A DNA stretch of 64,000 nt from Trichosphaerium sp. ATCC 40318. Taxonomy: Eukaryota > Protista > Tubulinea. Made by a program: the position numbers and the translations under genes. Where the stretch lies: NCBI GenBank assembly GCA_038496445.1, contig JALMLS010000354.1, positions 62,001 through 126,000 on the forward strand, read 5' to 3'. Shown here piece after piece: positions 1 through 15,450 of the stretch (positions within the stretch are counted from its first letter, which is position 1; every line of letters starts with the position of its first letter). The notes below the pieces were generated by a model. That model did no database searches and was not told the origin of the DNA. It saw only the letters and a list, made by a program, of their open reading frames with translations.

Positions 1-149
1 AACGGCACAACTTTTATCACATCACATACCTTTAACTTTGCTCATGCTGTGACTAACTTTTTGTTGAGCTAAGTGCAGAAAAACAAAAATTTGCGTTTGT
101 GAAAGCTGCTGACCATCAAAGTTATGCGATTAGCTCTGATGCCTGTGGT

Positions 150-2460
150 ATGAGTGTAGCTGCCAAATTGACTAGAAACACAGCTAAGCGTGCAACATGG
201 GCCAGTCAGATTAAAATCGACGCGTTTACACGAAAGGTTAGGCTTATATTGTACCCTACGCTTACAATTACGCTGTAGATAGAACGAAATTTAAAAATTA
301 AGCACATTGATGAATGGTACTCAAGAACAGCTCAAGACATTATCCAACACGGCGGAAAGACACTTTTAGAGTGCGTTAACGCACATTATAACTGAAATGT
401 TTACCAAATACAGCAAAAAAAATGGTTCTCTGCAACAATGCTTAGAGGCTATGTACCCAACTGTCAAGTGGCAGCAATGGGATTTCCGTGCGTCTTATCC
501 TGTATACAAGCTTTGGTTTTAACATCAGTAGATAAGAAACATGGTTTTTGGAATGAACGGACAGCTAAATCCTTCATTAGACACGTGCGCAAAAAAAAGT
601 TAAAAATTGAGCTAACGTTAATTTGTTGCAAATCTAGCTCAAAAAAAAGCTTAAAATAAAGAAGTTATCTGATTGGTACAATTGCAGTGCTAGGGATATA
701 CGAGACCACGGCGGTGGCGGGTTACTGCGTCACATGTACGCGATGATGACAAGACTCGGCTGTTGACACACTCGCTCTTCACTAGGTACAATGGTTCTCC
801 AATGATGATGTTTCAGAAACTCTATCCTGGATATGATTGGGAACCATGGAAGTTCCGCGCAGCACCTAGAGAGTACTGGAAAAATGAAGATCATTCACGC
901 GTTTTTTTGATTCATGTACGATTTAAGTACAGTGATGCACTTCACTTCCTCACTTGTATCATAGGTAGAAGAGAAGCTAAACATTAAATCTATAGAAGAT
1001 TGGTATAGTATAACGTACAATGATGTTACTAAATACGGTGGAACAGGAATACTTGCGTAAGTAGTGCAACATGCAGTGTCCGTTTGTATTAACAATCAAG
1101 AAGGTATTTCAATTGTTGTGTCGCTGATTTTTTAGTGCACATGTATCCAGATATTAAATGGGATGCTACAAAATTTAGTGCGCATTGTTGTTGCTAGTAA
1201 AAGTGCTAACTTTAAGAAAGATATTGTTAAACGAAATTACTGGGAGAGTTTGGAAAACCAACGGGAAGAAATTATAAATGCACGTGTCAACATAAAGTAC
1301 TATTTGTTAACATTCGTTGCTTAGGTTGAGAAACGGTTGAATATTTCTAAGCTTGATGATTGGTACGATGTCAGATGGTCTTCTTTGAAAAATGGGCTAC
1401 TGAAGTACGCTTTTTTGTCAAATTGAAAAAAAAGAAAGTTAAAAAAAAAGTTAGCCATCATTCAGCATCGCGATATAATTTATTGAAAACACATTACCCT
1501 GATCATCCATGGGACATATCTAAATTCAGGAAACATACAGGTTAAGACTGGTCTTATCAATCATTAGCTAATGTTGTTGTTGTAGCTTTGAAACCTGTCA
1601 AGTACTGGACGAAAAGTGAAAATGTCAAACCCTTTTTGAAGAGTCTAGAAGGTGTGCTTGGTATCAAATCACCACAAGATTGGTACCGAGTGTCAATTCG
1701 ACAACTTACACAGCTTAATGGAGGAGGTCTTAAACGCCACTGGCCTGGTGTGTTGAGTATGCTTTACCCTCAACTAAAATGGTCAAACACTCCCACAACA
1801 TGTGATGATAAACGATCGGCACAGAGGTAAGTCACTTCAACTTAGTGGCCGAGAACTAAACCATACTAAGATGGCTTATTGAATGTTTACACACGCTGTT
1901 TGATGGTGCAGAGATAATAGAAGAATATAAATTGGGCCTAGTTTCAGACAGTGCAAGAGGAGATTTGGTTATAGATGCTTTTATTCCTTCCGTTAAACTT
2001 GCAATGGAGTACCAAGGAGAGCAACATTACATAGATAACATGCACGCTTATGGGTTTTCTCGACTTCAAACCTCTAGAGATACAGAAAAGGTGGCCAAAT
2101 GCGATATTCTAGGTAGCTAAGAATTGTATTTTATACTGTCATGATTGTTTATACCACATTAGGTATTACATTGGTACCTATACCGTATTGGTGGGTACAA
2201 GGCGATATCCACGCAGTGGCAGCAACTATTCTACACTACAGGTACGAACAACTTTCAAGTACCGTCTTGACATTAGTAAAAGGCCAGACATTACATTTTC
2301 AATACCAACAAGCGGACGTCCTCTTCTCGCACCACCAAATGAGGACATGCATATAGGTGCGTTTTGACATTAAATTTGCAGTGCTTTTGATCACTTTTTT
2401 TTAACTGTTTTAGGGCATACAATGGCTCCCATTAGCGAGTATGTATGCGAAAGACGGTAG
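150..2460 (+). CDS. Tandem-repeat protein (5 x ~75-aa repeats) with C-terminal Vsr/DUF559/RAP-like PD-(D/E)XK nuclease domain; multi-exon, may start upstream of the window
   Basis: Spliced translation gives repeats such as LKIKKLSDWYNCSARDIRDHGGGGLLRHMYNGSPMMMFQKLYPGYDWEPWKF and LNIKSIEDWYSITYNDVTKYGGTGIL, then EEYK..VIDAFIPSVKLAMEYQGEQHY..RDTEK..GITLVPIPYWW. Stop TAG at 2458-2460. A branch-like ACTAAC at 52-57 suggests a further upstream exon. Confidence 0.8.
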
Positions 2461-2590
2461 CATATCAGTGTGTGTACAAAACGAGGTTGTAAATTAGATT
2501 TGATATTGTAACAGTACAGAAAAAAAGTAAAGTGATAATGTTGGCTTATTTGCTTAAGTTATGCACTTTTATTCAATAAAATTGTAAAGG

Positions 2591-3559
2591 ATGGCAAAGG
2601 CAGTGAGGCTTGAAAGTATTTGGATTGTACTACGCTCTTTGAGATTACTTTTGTACTTATTAGGTTAGTGGTTGGCAGAAAAGACTGTTCCTGATCATGT
2701 GGGGGTGCCAAAGGACCAGATAATTGATGAGCTGGCAGCTGATCCAATGATAAACAACAAGAACAACAAAAAATACAAAACTATTGCAAAGGTAATCAAA
2801 ACTAACGCGAGCATTCGAATTGCTAACTTGTAAAGAAACTTGTGACGAGAATGCTCCCATTCGTGCATAAAGACATAAAAACAGGCGACGATGTCTTCTA
2901 TCTACGCAAAATAGAGATAAAGCCGCGTACTCGAAAGCGTAAACGCTCTATTAAGGCATTACCTGAATTACCGGCTGATTTACGTAAACAATTACGCAAA
3001 GAAGTCGCTTTGGAGATTTTACAGCGCAGGACATCAAGTTTGGGCAGTCTTGTTTCAAACGATAAAATCCCTCTAAATAAGACCACCACAATAGCCAAAA
3101 ACACAACTACAAACACAGTAATGAAAGCCGTACGTAAAAACGACCAAAAAACCTCAGCTCCATTCTTTTTTTTCACACAGCTCATTAATCAACACAAAAA
3201 ACGATCAACTTCCATACACCTTTAGAATAATTTTACGGTTGTCTCCGACACATTTTAACAGTTTTCAGTTTTTACATTTCCTCGAATTTCTTTGGTATAC
3301 TTTTTTTTAAAACCTGTTTTAGAAAGCAATTAAGGCCTTACCTGCTGGTAAATCTCCACCTATCGTTATGGCGTCCGTATTGGAGCCGCTATCAATGAGT
3401 ATAAGTGATACACCACGACCAAAGAAACGACAACGTATTGGAAGTAAAACAAAGGTACCACACGTGCTTTTTTATTTTTGACTATCATTGGTTGTTCATT
3501 GCTAGCTTGCCTGCTACATGTTCATGTCTTTTCCGATTGGCACAATGACAAGTGTATGA
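2591..3559 (+). CDS. Hypothetical basic, probably nuclear protein; weak winged-helix (RFX-like) resemblance at the N-terminus
   Basis: Exons join as MAKAVRLESIWI|WLAEKTVPDHVGVPKDQIIDELA...|KLVTRMLPFVHK...KPRTRKRKR. NLS-like RKRKR and PKKRQR. The 3' exon structure is uncertain. Confidence 0.45.
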
Positions 3560-4259
3560 AACTGATGAACAACTTTAGGAGTCCACAATTTTAGCACTAA
3601 TCGAGAGCATCGAGCATAGGCAAGAACAGATTGATAGTAACCTTTCAATGCTTCAAAGGCCACTATTTTCTGAGTTGTGACCACCCTTTTTGAAGGTTTT
3701 AATCGTAACCGTGTTGTAATACATTTGTACTTGTAGTTTGTTTTCATTTGTATTTTGGTAGTTGCACGAATGTTGTTTGAGGAAATTGCTAAGTGTGGCA
3801 TTGGCAAATCGTTAAGCATTGGCTGGTGTGCTTGTCACCATTGCAACTTGCTGTGACATATCGCTGTGATAAGAGTAAAGCGCCCTTTCTTTGAAAAACT
3901 AATATTCGTTCAGTTCTACTTACTTTGACTGTCAGTGCTTTTCCTCGGTACAGCATAAACGAATTGCAAAATTGGTTTTGCTCCTATAATTTTAGCGTCA
4001 TAGCTACATAGTCAAATTAGCAATTGAAGTGTAAATGGTTCTGAGGTAAGTACAAAACGTCTCAAAGATTGTCGTAATCCGTGTTTCAAACTGTCTCAAA
4101 AGCGATGCTGATTACAACGCACAGGTGCACTTAAATATCAAAATGTACCTATTGTTTTATGACAGCAAAACCACACGAGACATGACTTGGACTTTAAGTT
4201 TAAGCAAGAAGTAAAACAATAACCCAACTTGTACTGTATATTTGAAAAAACAAGTTGTT

Positions 4260-5740
4260 TTAGTTCATGGTAATACTGCCTGTGTATGTATTACAATCAA
4301 ACTGTACTGTAGCTTTCGTCCATTTACGAACAAATACACCACTGCCACTTGATGTCTCATGACAAACCTCCGTTGGTGTTCCATAATCAACCTTCAATTC
4401 ATCAGGAAACAAGTACGGTTTGCCTTTAGCGCCTGGTGGATCTGAACCTGTAGAACAACCGCTCCATTCATATCCAAGCCATGCGTAAGGTCCTCTAACA
4501 AGTAGAAATCCTGCCAAGTCTTCATTGAACTGAGGAAGAGGAGAAACAGCTTTATCTGTTGTTGTGTACTGAAACAAAAAGTCAGCGTTTCTTATAAGGT
4601 CTGAAGTTGTTTTACCGTATAGTATAGTGCATTGGTGTATGCTAGAGAGTCTTTGTTACATTCAGCTCTGAATGTCAAGGCGCATTTTTCTTTGGTAGGC
4701 GTTGCAAAATCAGTGAATTGTTGCCAACTCCATCCTCCTTTACTGGCAATAGCGGCGTGTACTTTGGCAATATTTGCTTTCCAATGTGTGTAAATTGCTG
4801 TAGTGTCGTTCTGTGTGAGACCCATATCTACGGTGCAATAGTAGTCTTCTTCAGTGGGCCCACCTACAAAGAGTCAGAAAGCGACACAAAAGAAAACGGA
4901 AAAACGGGGAATACCATATTTGGAGTGAGCGCAGTATTTTTCCTCCGTAACTTGCAATCTTTCTTTTTGTTTAGGGGCATCTGTCCAGCTATCATCAAGG
5001 TAAAAACCAGATATTTGAGGATTGCCAAGGCCTAAAAACGTTTTTGTTAACATACCACAAAGCTGGCAAACATTGCTTGCCTGTTTCGCCAAGAATCACG
5101 TGATCTACCAAATAATCCGTTAACGTCGTATTACGATGATCCCAAAGGTATTCACCGCATGGAACGCCTCCACAATCGCATGGATCAGTGCAAGAACCAT
5201 CTCCTTTAGGATGTTGAGGTGTTTGAACTTGATCGTGATAAAACTCTGTACAAAGTGGCGGATCGTAGTTTGTGTCGCATTGAGGCACGTGATAGTTGTT
5301 TTTACCAGAGAATTTTAAAAACCATCCAGCGTAAGAAGGGTCCGCTATTTTCGTGCGAACATTCGTGTACCAAGGAAGCGCTGTCGAGTGGTTAAAAAAC
5401 CCAAGGAAGCAAAGAAACAACTCAAGTACCTTTGACCAGGTTTCTGTACACGAAAACTTTTGTTTTAGGATTCACAGCCTTTACACGTTTCACTTGCTCT
5501 ACCAGTAGCTCTTCGCAGGTCATTGGTTTTGCGTTAGCCCATAGCTGCTTCGCATTACTCCAATCGAAATCAGCAATACCAAACTGAGCTGCAAACTCAG
5601 CGTCGAAGAAGCCGGAGTAATTACAAGGCATAAATATTGTTGACATTTGCATGTCATACGTTGGCGTCCAGTTTGGCGTTGTGCCGCAATAAACAAAAGC
5701 CAACAAGGCAATGAATATTGTTAGAGACGTGGTGTGTCAT
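4260..5740 (-). CDS. Secreted glycoside-hydrolase-like protein of uncharacterised family
   Basis: ORF pieces 5422-5706, 4995-5420, 4874-5092, 4592-4825 and 4260-4577 join via introns. Signal-peptide-like FIALLAFVYC, then KVFVYRN, GFYLDDSW, FLLVRGPYAWLG and GVFVRKWTKATVQFDCN. The ATG at 5740 is out of frame with the signal peptide. Confidence 0.6.
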
Positions 5741-5848
5741 ATATTGGCTTGGGTACTCTGTGATTATTTCAATGTGCACTAAGGCACTGAGAAAACTACC
5801 AACAAAATTCAAACTGTGTTTTTACAAATTATCGAACCATGGTTCTTG

Positions 5849-8800
5849 TCATTCTGCGTTACATATTTGCTTCATTATTGGATTTCCGCTTGATTTTGCC
5901 TTTGTGGCAAGTGTTCTAATATATGCGAGCATCTCTGTGTTTGACATTTCAAGCAACTCTTTACTTTTGAAATCATTAAAAATGTTGTCTATTTCCATGT
6001 CAGCTTGTTGTATTACATCATCATCTTCGTTTTCAGCTTTATCTAAATAATAGCAGTACATAAGAACATTGTATATACAAAAATACGTACCATCAAAGTT
6101 TTCAAGCTGTGCTGCTTTAATCTGAGCCAAGTTTATCACTGAATCTGGAAAGTTCGCTAACCGTGCCACGTGAATACCAAAACTTTTATCTGATGGTCCT
6201 TTCTTTAGCTCATATAGCAACGTCAATCTGTCGCCATGAATCTGAATACACAAAAATAGTCAGAACCTGGTAAAATCAAAATATAAAATATAAAAAAGTT
6301 GTTTTTTTGTTCACCTTCGCATCAACATGTAGGTTCTTAATAGTAGGCTGCTCGTTTTGTAGGTGGGTGAGTTCGTGAAAATGTGTTGCGAACAAACATA
6401 GCCCTTGAATTTTGGTGATGATAAATCTAGACGACAAGCAAGTTATTCACTTAAAAAAAATCACGTTTGTTTAAAAGGTGCAAGTACTCTGAAATAGCCC
6501 AAGCTAAGCCAAACCCGTCATATGTGGATGTGCCCCTACCAAGCTCGTCTATAATTATCAACGAATTTTCAGTAGCTGCGCCAATAAGTGTTGCTGTTTC
6601 AAGCATTTCAGCCTATTCAAGTAAGTAAATCGTACAACTTGTCTTGAGCCTACCATAAAAGTGGAAACGCCTAATCGAGATTAGAACTTGGCGTGCTTAA
6701 AAAAGTACATAAGCGCCACATACCTCGTAGTTGGCTATCTCCTGCGCCAACACGTGCGAGTATCTTATCACAAATCTTGATAGAAGCGGATTCACAAGGG
6801 ACAAAGCATCCAATCTGTGCCATAAGCACAATCAACCCCACCTGTCGGATATACGTCGATTTACCACCCATGTTTGGTCCTGTGATGATGAGGAACGATG
6901 ATTCTCCTTTGTGACACAAATCGATTAGAAAGGTCAGCTGTAGCCTGGCATTGTACCTTTCTTCATGTGAACATCGTTTGGCATGAACACAATATCGGGT
7001 AACGTTTCAACAAGAGGGTGACGTGAAGCAACCAGTTTTATTTCCTCGTCATTAAAAGTAGGTCGACAATACGCCGTGCCAGCATTTGAGAAAACAAAAG
7101 CCAGACTAAACCATGTTAAAGCACGTGATTACTCCTGCTCAACGAGTAATATAAGTACCTTGTAAACACATCCAGACGTGCCATCGTATTGTAGCAACTC
7201 TCTAAGACAGGTACATATGTCTCTGTAGTAATCATTATTATTAGCAACAGTTTGTTTATAAAGGATCAATCGTACTTGCAGTGGCCAAAACACCCTCTGC
7301 GATGTAACTGGAAACATGAGAATAAGATGTATCATTTGCTTCTAATTTACGGTTCAAAGAACTCAACTTTCCGTCTGTGAATCTCACAATACTGCGAGAG
7401 TAGTTTCCTGACAGTACTTTGTAATCCTTTTTACCGCTCAAGCACTTTGAATCCTAAAAACCAATTTAACAGACTGAAGTTTCTTGAAATGTTGCACCTT
7501 CTTAGATACTTGGAAGTGGTAACCAATAGCACTGTTGTGAATCTATGAGTAATTAGATTTCTATACAGGTGCAAGAAGTGGTTAAGTACCATTTTGAAGG
7601 ATTTGGCTGTCGACAGAGCGAACCCTACTTGGGACTCGCGTTCTTTCATTTTTTGCAATAAAGCATCTTTAACCGAAGCTAATTTTTCAAGTTGTTTATC
7701 AAAAGCTGGGAGTATTCTAATGTCCCTTTGTTCTAGTGAAGCCAAGTCGATAGCCTGCTCTACAAGCTCTTCGAATTTGCTTAAATCTGCACGTGCACTC
7801 TATATCAAGAAAATGAATAAAAACACATTAGGCTATCATACACATTAGTAAGTTACCTTTAGTGGTTTAATAAATGACTGCTTGACAATGGTCATGAATT
7901 TATCTTCTCCATCGTAACGTTCTAGTTCTTGTACTATCGAATCTATCTTTCTAGAGAACTGGTAGACTACCACAAGATCCTAACAGCAAAACATGAGACA
8001 AGGAACCTGCAAACACCCCAACCGTACATATAATTTGCCTTTATCTCTTTTCAGTCTGTTGACAATGCGTTCCAAGTCAGGCACACGACGTAACTGTTGT
8101 GTCCGTAACTCTGTAGTGAGTGCCATGTCTGTATAGAATAATTCTACAGTATCTAGCCTTTCTTCTATCGCTACTTTATTGACAAGAGGCTGCTTTATCC
8201 ACTGGGATAGCCTTCGAGAACCCATTGCTGTTCGACAAGCGTTTAATAGATAGAATAGATTGTTTTTAGAATTTCCTGTAACAACTTTTAGCAACAGGAG
8301 CAGGAATCGTCCTCTCACCTTGTTTGGGATCCATGAACAGATCAAGTGCAGTTGATGCAGCTGGATCCAATCTCATGTACTGAACGAGATCATACGTTTC
8401 AAGCGAGAAAGATCCTCTGTTTTCATCATCTGCTAGTAACTACGAAGGTATTTAGCGAAGCCTATCATGATAAGATGTACGTCTAGACCACTTATCAAGC
8501 ACGCCAACGCAGCCATTGCTGTAGGTTCTTTCAAGATATCTAAATAGCTTACGTCAATACTCACAAGCTTGTTGGAGGTGCTGTATACCTATTGCTTGGT
8601 ACTTGTTTCCTAATAAATTCGTCAAATCCTGCTCTGTGTTGTTGGTATTGAATTTATTATTTCCAACTGGTGCTGTAGTAACCTGACACCGCTCAAGGAT
8701 TTCCTATGTACTAAATAAACAACGTGGTGTATTTGTTTGTTGTCACATACGTAAAGCTTGCAAATATCTGGATCACTTTCTGTAGCTTCCTGTAGTAGAC

Positions 8801-9794
8801 ATTCCTTTGCTCCACATTGAAGAATGAGCGACTATTACGTTGTCAAGACAAGCACAAATAAGTCTCTGACTCACTTGTATATTGTGGAGCTGTTCGTTGT
8901 CTTCGAATTCGCATACATACATTTTTTGTAACACTTTGTCAGCAAAAGCAGCACCTATCACCTAAACAAGAAGTAACTACCCTAGCCTTTTTTATTTCAT
9001 ACACGTACACGTGCTCCTTGTTTGTGTGCAATCTTAACGGCCAACATGACATTAGCATCTGACATGGGCGTGTTGTGTGTAAAGATAATATCCTGAATGT
9101 CCGCAATGTTACCAGGTGACGCTTTGAAGCTGAGTAAGCGCACGTGATTAACATTCATATTACCTTTATAATTTAAACCCCACTTGTTATGATTAAGGGC
9201 GTATATCTCAAGCCTGAAGAGCCTGTCAAAGATGAGAAGCTTGGCTATTGTTGCAAACTGTGATCCTTCACTAGGAAAAAAAACCGTTAGAACAAATAAA
9301 TGATTTGCTCTGTACGGTACCTAATAGTGATATATTTCATCTCATCTCTATTTTGAAACTCCCTAGTACAGTTAGCGCGTTTAAATACTTTTTGGCGCAA
9401 CTTGAGGATTGAAGTCGTTTTAAAGAATGACTGAGCGATGTACTCAGCGTCTTCACCATGAACACAGTAGTAACCCTACGTTTAACAGTTTTTAAACAAA
9501 GTGCCAAAATCCAGGAAAAACTGTTTTAAATGCTATTCGTTGTTGTACCGATCTACTAAAGAATCTTATGAGGTTTTGGGGCTTCTATACGTGAAATAAA
9601 GTGAGAACACTACTACAGCTGTAATAACGCACCATTGGCAGTCTGTTAAAGAATTTAACGAATCTGGAGTCCTGTGCTATCTCTGTGGCCGCGTTACAAT
9701 TGGAAGAAACTTTAGACATACCTGTTTTCATCTTTTTAACCTGTACTTCGTCATCCTCTGTAGTTTCTAGCTTTCTCTTGCGCCAGTTATGCAT
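5849..9794 (-). CDS. MSH2: DNA mismatch repair protein MSH2
   Basis: [87 protein letters not shown]; many short GT-AG introns. Confidence 0.95.
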
Positions 9795-9968
9795 TATGGC
9801 TGTTTTATCAAAGTGTCAACAAAACTTTTATTCTGGGTAAACCAGTGATTGTATGTATACGTTGGAGGGATGTATTTAGTATTAAATTACACGTGAGAAT
9901 AGAGTGCTAAAGAAATAAACGACGTCGCTTAACGAAAATTCAGCAAAAACACAAATAGAAATGGATTG

Positions 9969-12646
9969 ATGGAAAAGGACGCTTCAGAGCAGTCTCGCCT
10001 CATTCATGAGCCTAAGAGCCCAATTGATACAACATACAACACTCTTGAAGTCGATGATTCAATTACAACGCATCCAACGTTAGAAACAAGCCAAGACGTC
10101 AGCGTGTTTTTTGATGGCTCCGTGCCTAATATTGGCAAGTTTTTGGACAATGTAAGCTATTTTCTTTGGGGAATTGCTGATTGGCGCCAAAGGTGTATAG
10201 ATATTACTACAACAAAGGATTCTGGGTTTGCATATGCAGGAGAATACTAAACCTCGCGTACGTTAGCTATATGCATTTATTTATTAGACGCGCCGTACAC
10301 TAATTTAACGTAGCGGAATGCTGTTTGTTATGGCGTTATTTTTGTTTCTAGTGGGATGGGTAGATTACAGCGTATTACTAAAAGACAGAGACAAGCCGAT
10401 ACCATTTCACGACGTTATCGTAAAACCTAAATCGTACGCAAAAAACCAAGGAGTTAGAACATTTCCCTTGAAAACCAAAAATTTGATTCGGTTTCACAGA
10501 AATTTATTGGTTTACACACTTTGGCACAAATGTCGCTCCCTAACAATTTTTTTTCCGGAAATAGTGCTGCTACGTATACCTTTGTAGTCCTGTTTTGTAT
10601 AGTATTTATAGGGTTCTGGCTCCTTGAGTTGTGTAAGCTTCCATTTTACATTTTTCAAAAATGGACGATGAAAAAATTTTACAACGACGAACTGAAAATC
10701 ACAGAGGTACATCACTCTTCCCTTCTTATAATGATCAGAAACACCGATTACAAAATAATTACATGTAATGGCATTCATTTGAACTAAAAAAGAACTTAAA
10801 GGAGGAACTCCAAAGCATGTACTTCCAGGACGTCTGTAAAAAACTTTTGAATTGTAAAAAGATCTACAATTCCATCGACAAGGAAGATCTCACTGAGCTT
10901 GGTAAGTGCACACGTGTTTATGTAATATACGTGATAAAGAAGATGGTAAGCTTACGCGGTGTATAGATATAATCCAGATAATTATGCGTAAAGACAATTA
11001 CATGATTGCGTTGTTCAACAAGGACATTATCAACTTGAGGGTCCCTTTTACGCAAATTCGCTTCTTTACAAGCACGCTTGCATGGGCTCTAGATTACACT
11101 TTGTTTGCAGAACTGTTTAATGTCAACAAGCGGTGGATAAAGGACGACTTTAACAAAGAAGGCTTCAAGTGCGATAATGATGACTTGCAGTGTTTTACAT
11201 GATGTATCTGACATGATTATTTTAGAGATCGTCTAACAGCAAGAATCAAGAAACGATTCTATGTTTTTGGGCTTGGATGGTTTATCTTACTACCCTTCTT
11301 GATGACGTACTTGATCATATACTCCTTCTTTAGATACGCAGAGGTGAGAAAGTCACAAAGTGAGTTATAAACTAAACTGTTTTTGCTCAGGATATAAGGC
11401 ACCGTCCTTCCACGTTTTCTCTTAGAGATTGGTCTGTCCTCGCAAGGTGGAAGTTCAGAGATTGGAATGAGCTACCTCATCACTTTGATGCTAGGCTCAA
11501 TAGATCTTATGAGCACGCTCAAAAGTACTCCCAACAGTTCCGCAATACACTTGGTACAACAAAACCTGGTTTTCGCTTGTGCTAACTTTGTGACAAGGCA
11601 CAACATTTGCGAATTTTGCGTCCCTGGTTCTTGGATCTCTAGTAGCTGTAGTCATCCTCCTATCTGTAGTTGGTGGACAACAAGTGCTCATTGGTACTGA
11701 GATATCCGGTAAAAGCCTGTTGTGGTGGGCCGGTATAATCAGTACAGCTCTAGTAGTTGTAAAGGGAGCCCTCCCTAAGGCACATCCAATAAATGAACCG
11801 AACAAAGTGATGCAAGACCTTCAAGCTATCATTCATTACTTTCCGCTTGCATGGGTACGTTTTAATCCTTTTGTTGCCTTTTATACTTTCCCTGTTTGCA
11901 TTGACAAACCGTTGTACTTTATTCTAAAGCAAAGGCACTTTAGGTAGAAAAAGCACATACACCTGTAGTCAAGAATCAATTCTTTTCATTGTTTCAACAC
12001 AAGTTCTTGACGCTCTTGCTTGAGTTCGTAACCTGGCTCATCATTCCAATTCTCTTCTTTTGCAGTCTACCTGCTTGTTCAGGTACCCCTTTTGCAATCA
12101 AATACACCAAGTATTTGAATTAAAACTCATAGTTGGTTATAGAGCGTGTGGTAGACTTTATTGGCAAATTTTCGAGTTGGGATGACCCACTAGGACCTGT
12201 ATGTACCTTTGCTGGTTTCTCTGATAAGACGCTACAAGATCACGGCAGCAAGAAGGTATTATTTTCCTGGTCTTTATATTTACTAACTTTGTGAAAACAG
12301 CTGGGCGTTGTGGCTGGTACAAACATGGCTGGGAACCTATCAAATAATGGCAAGCTCGAAGCATCTGTGCTTAACTTCAAGTCACTATATCCATCTTGTC
12401 CAATGAGCAAACAAAGTGACGACTTTTATCATAAAATGGAAGGGTCAATGGTGCGTACATTTGAAAGTGTTTATTTTTGTATTGACCACTTGTGCCTAGT
12501 TTGGAAGTACCCAACGCAATACTAATATTGCCCCACCTCCTCAGGGATTACCATTGCGTGTTTCCTCTGACAGCATGGATTTATTGAGTCATACTATCTT
12601 TGAACGACAGGAGGCTACAATACATCCACACAGCAAAAAAGTGTAA
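9969..12646 (+). CDS. ATG9: Autophagy-related protein 9 (lipid scramblase)
   Basis: FLDN|VYRYYYNKGF, IMRKDNYMIALFNK, RDWSVLARWKFRDWNELPHHFDARL, GKLEASVLNF; several TM segments; stop TAA at 12644-12646. Confidence 0.9.
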
Positions 12647-12685
12647 TTATTGACAATACAAAACGAAAATAAAATATTTTTATTT

Positions 12686-15267
<2,582 letters not shown>

Positions 15268-15450
15268 AGCTACTACTAGTTCTAACGTTAATAGAATGAT
15301 GCTATTATTCGAAAAAGTATGAAATTTACCAGGTAATTCGCGAGATTTACTAAAATGGCATGTTGATCGCGTGCCATACTTGCCACTTTTTTAGATTGTT
15401 GTTTGGTCTTAGTTCTCTGAATTAGGGTAATGACTTCTTCACACTATTCC

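Noticed and set aside
3514-4250. ORF 3514-3819 (-) or an ncRNA in the longest ordinary intergenic gap
   Set aside because: No recognisable motifs, splice pattern or RNA structure.
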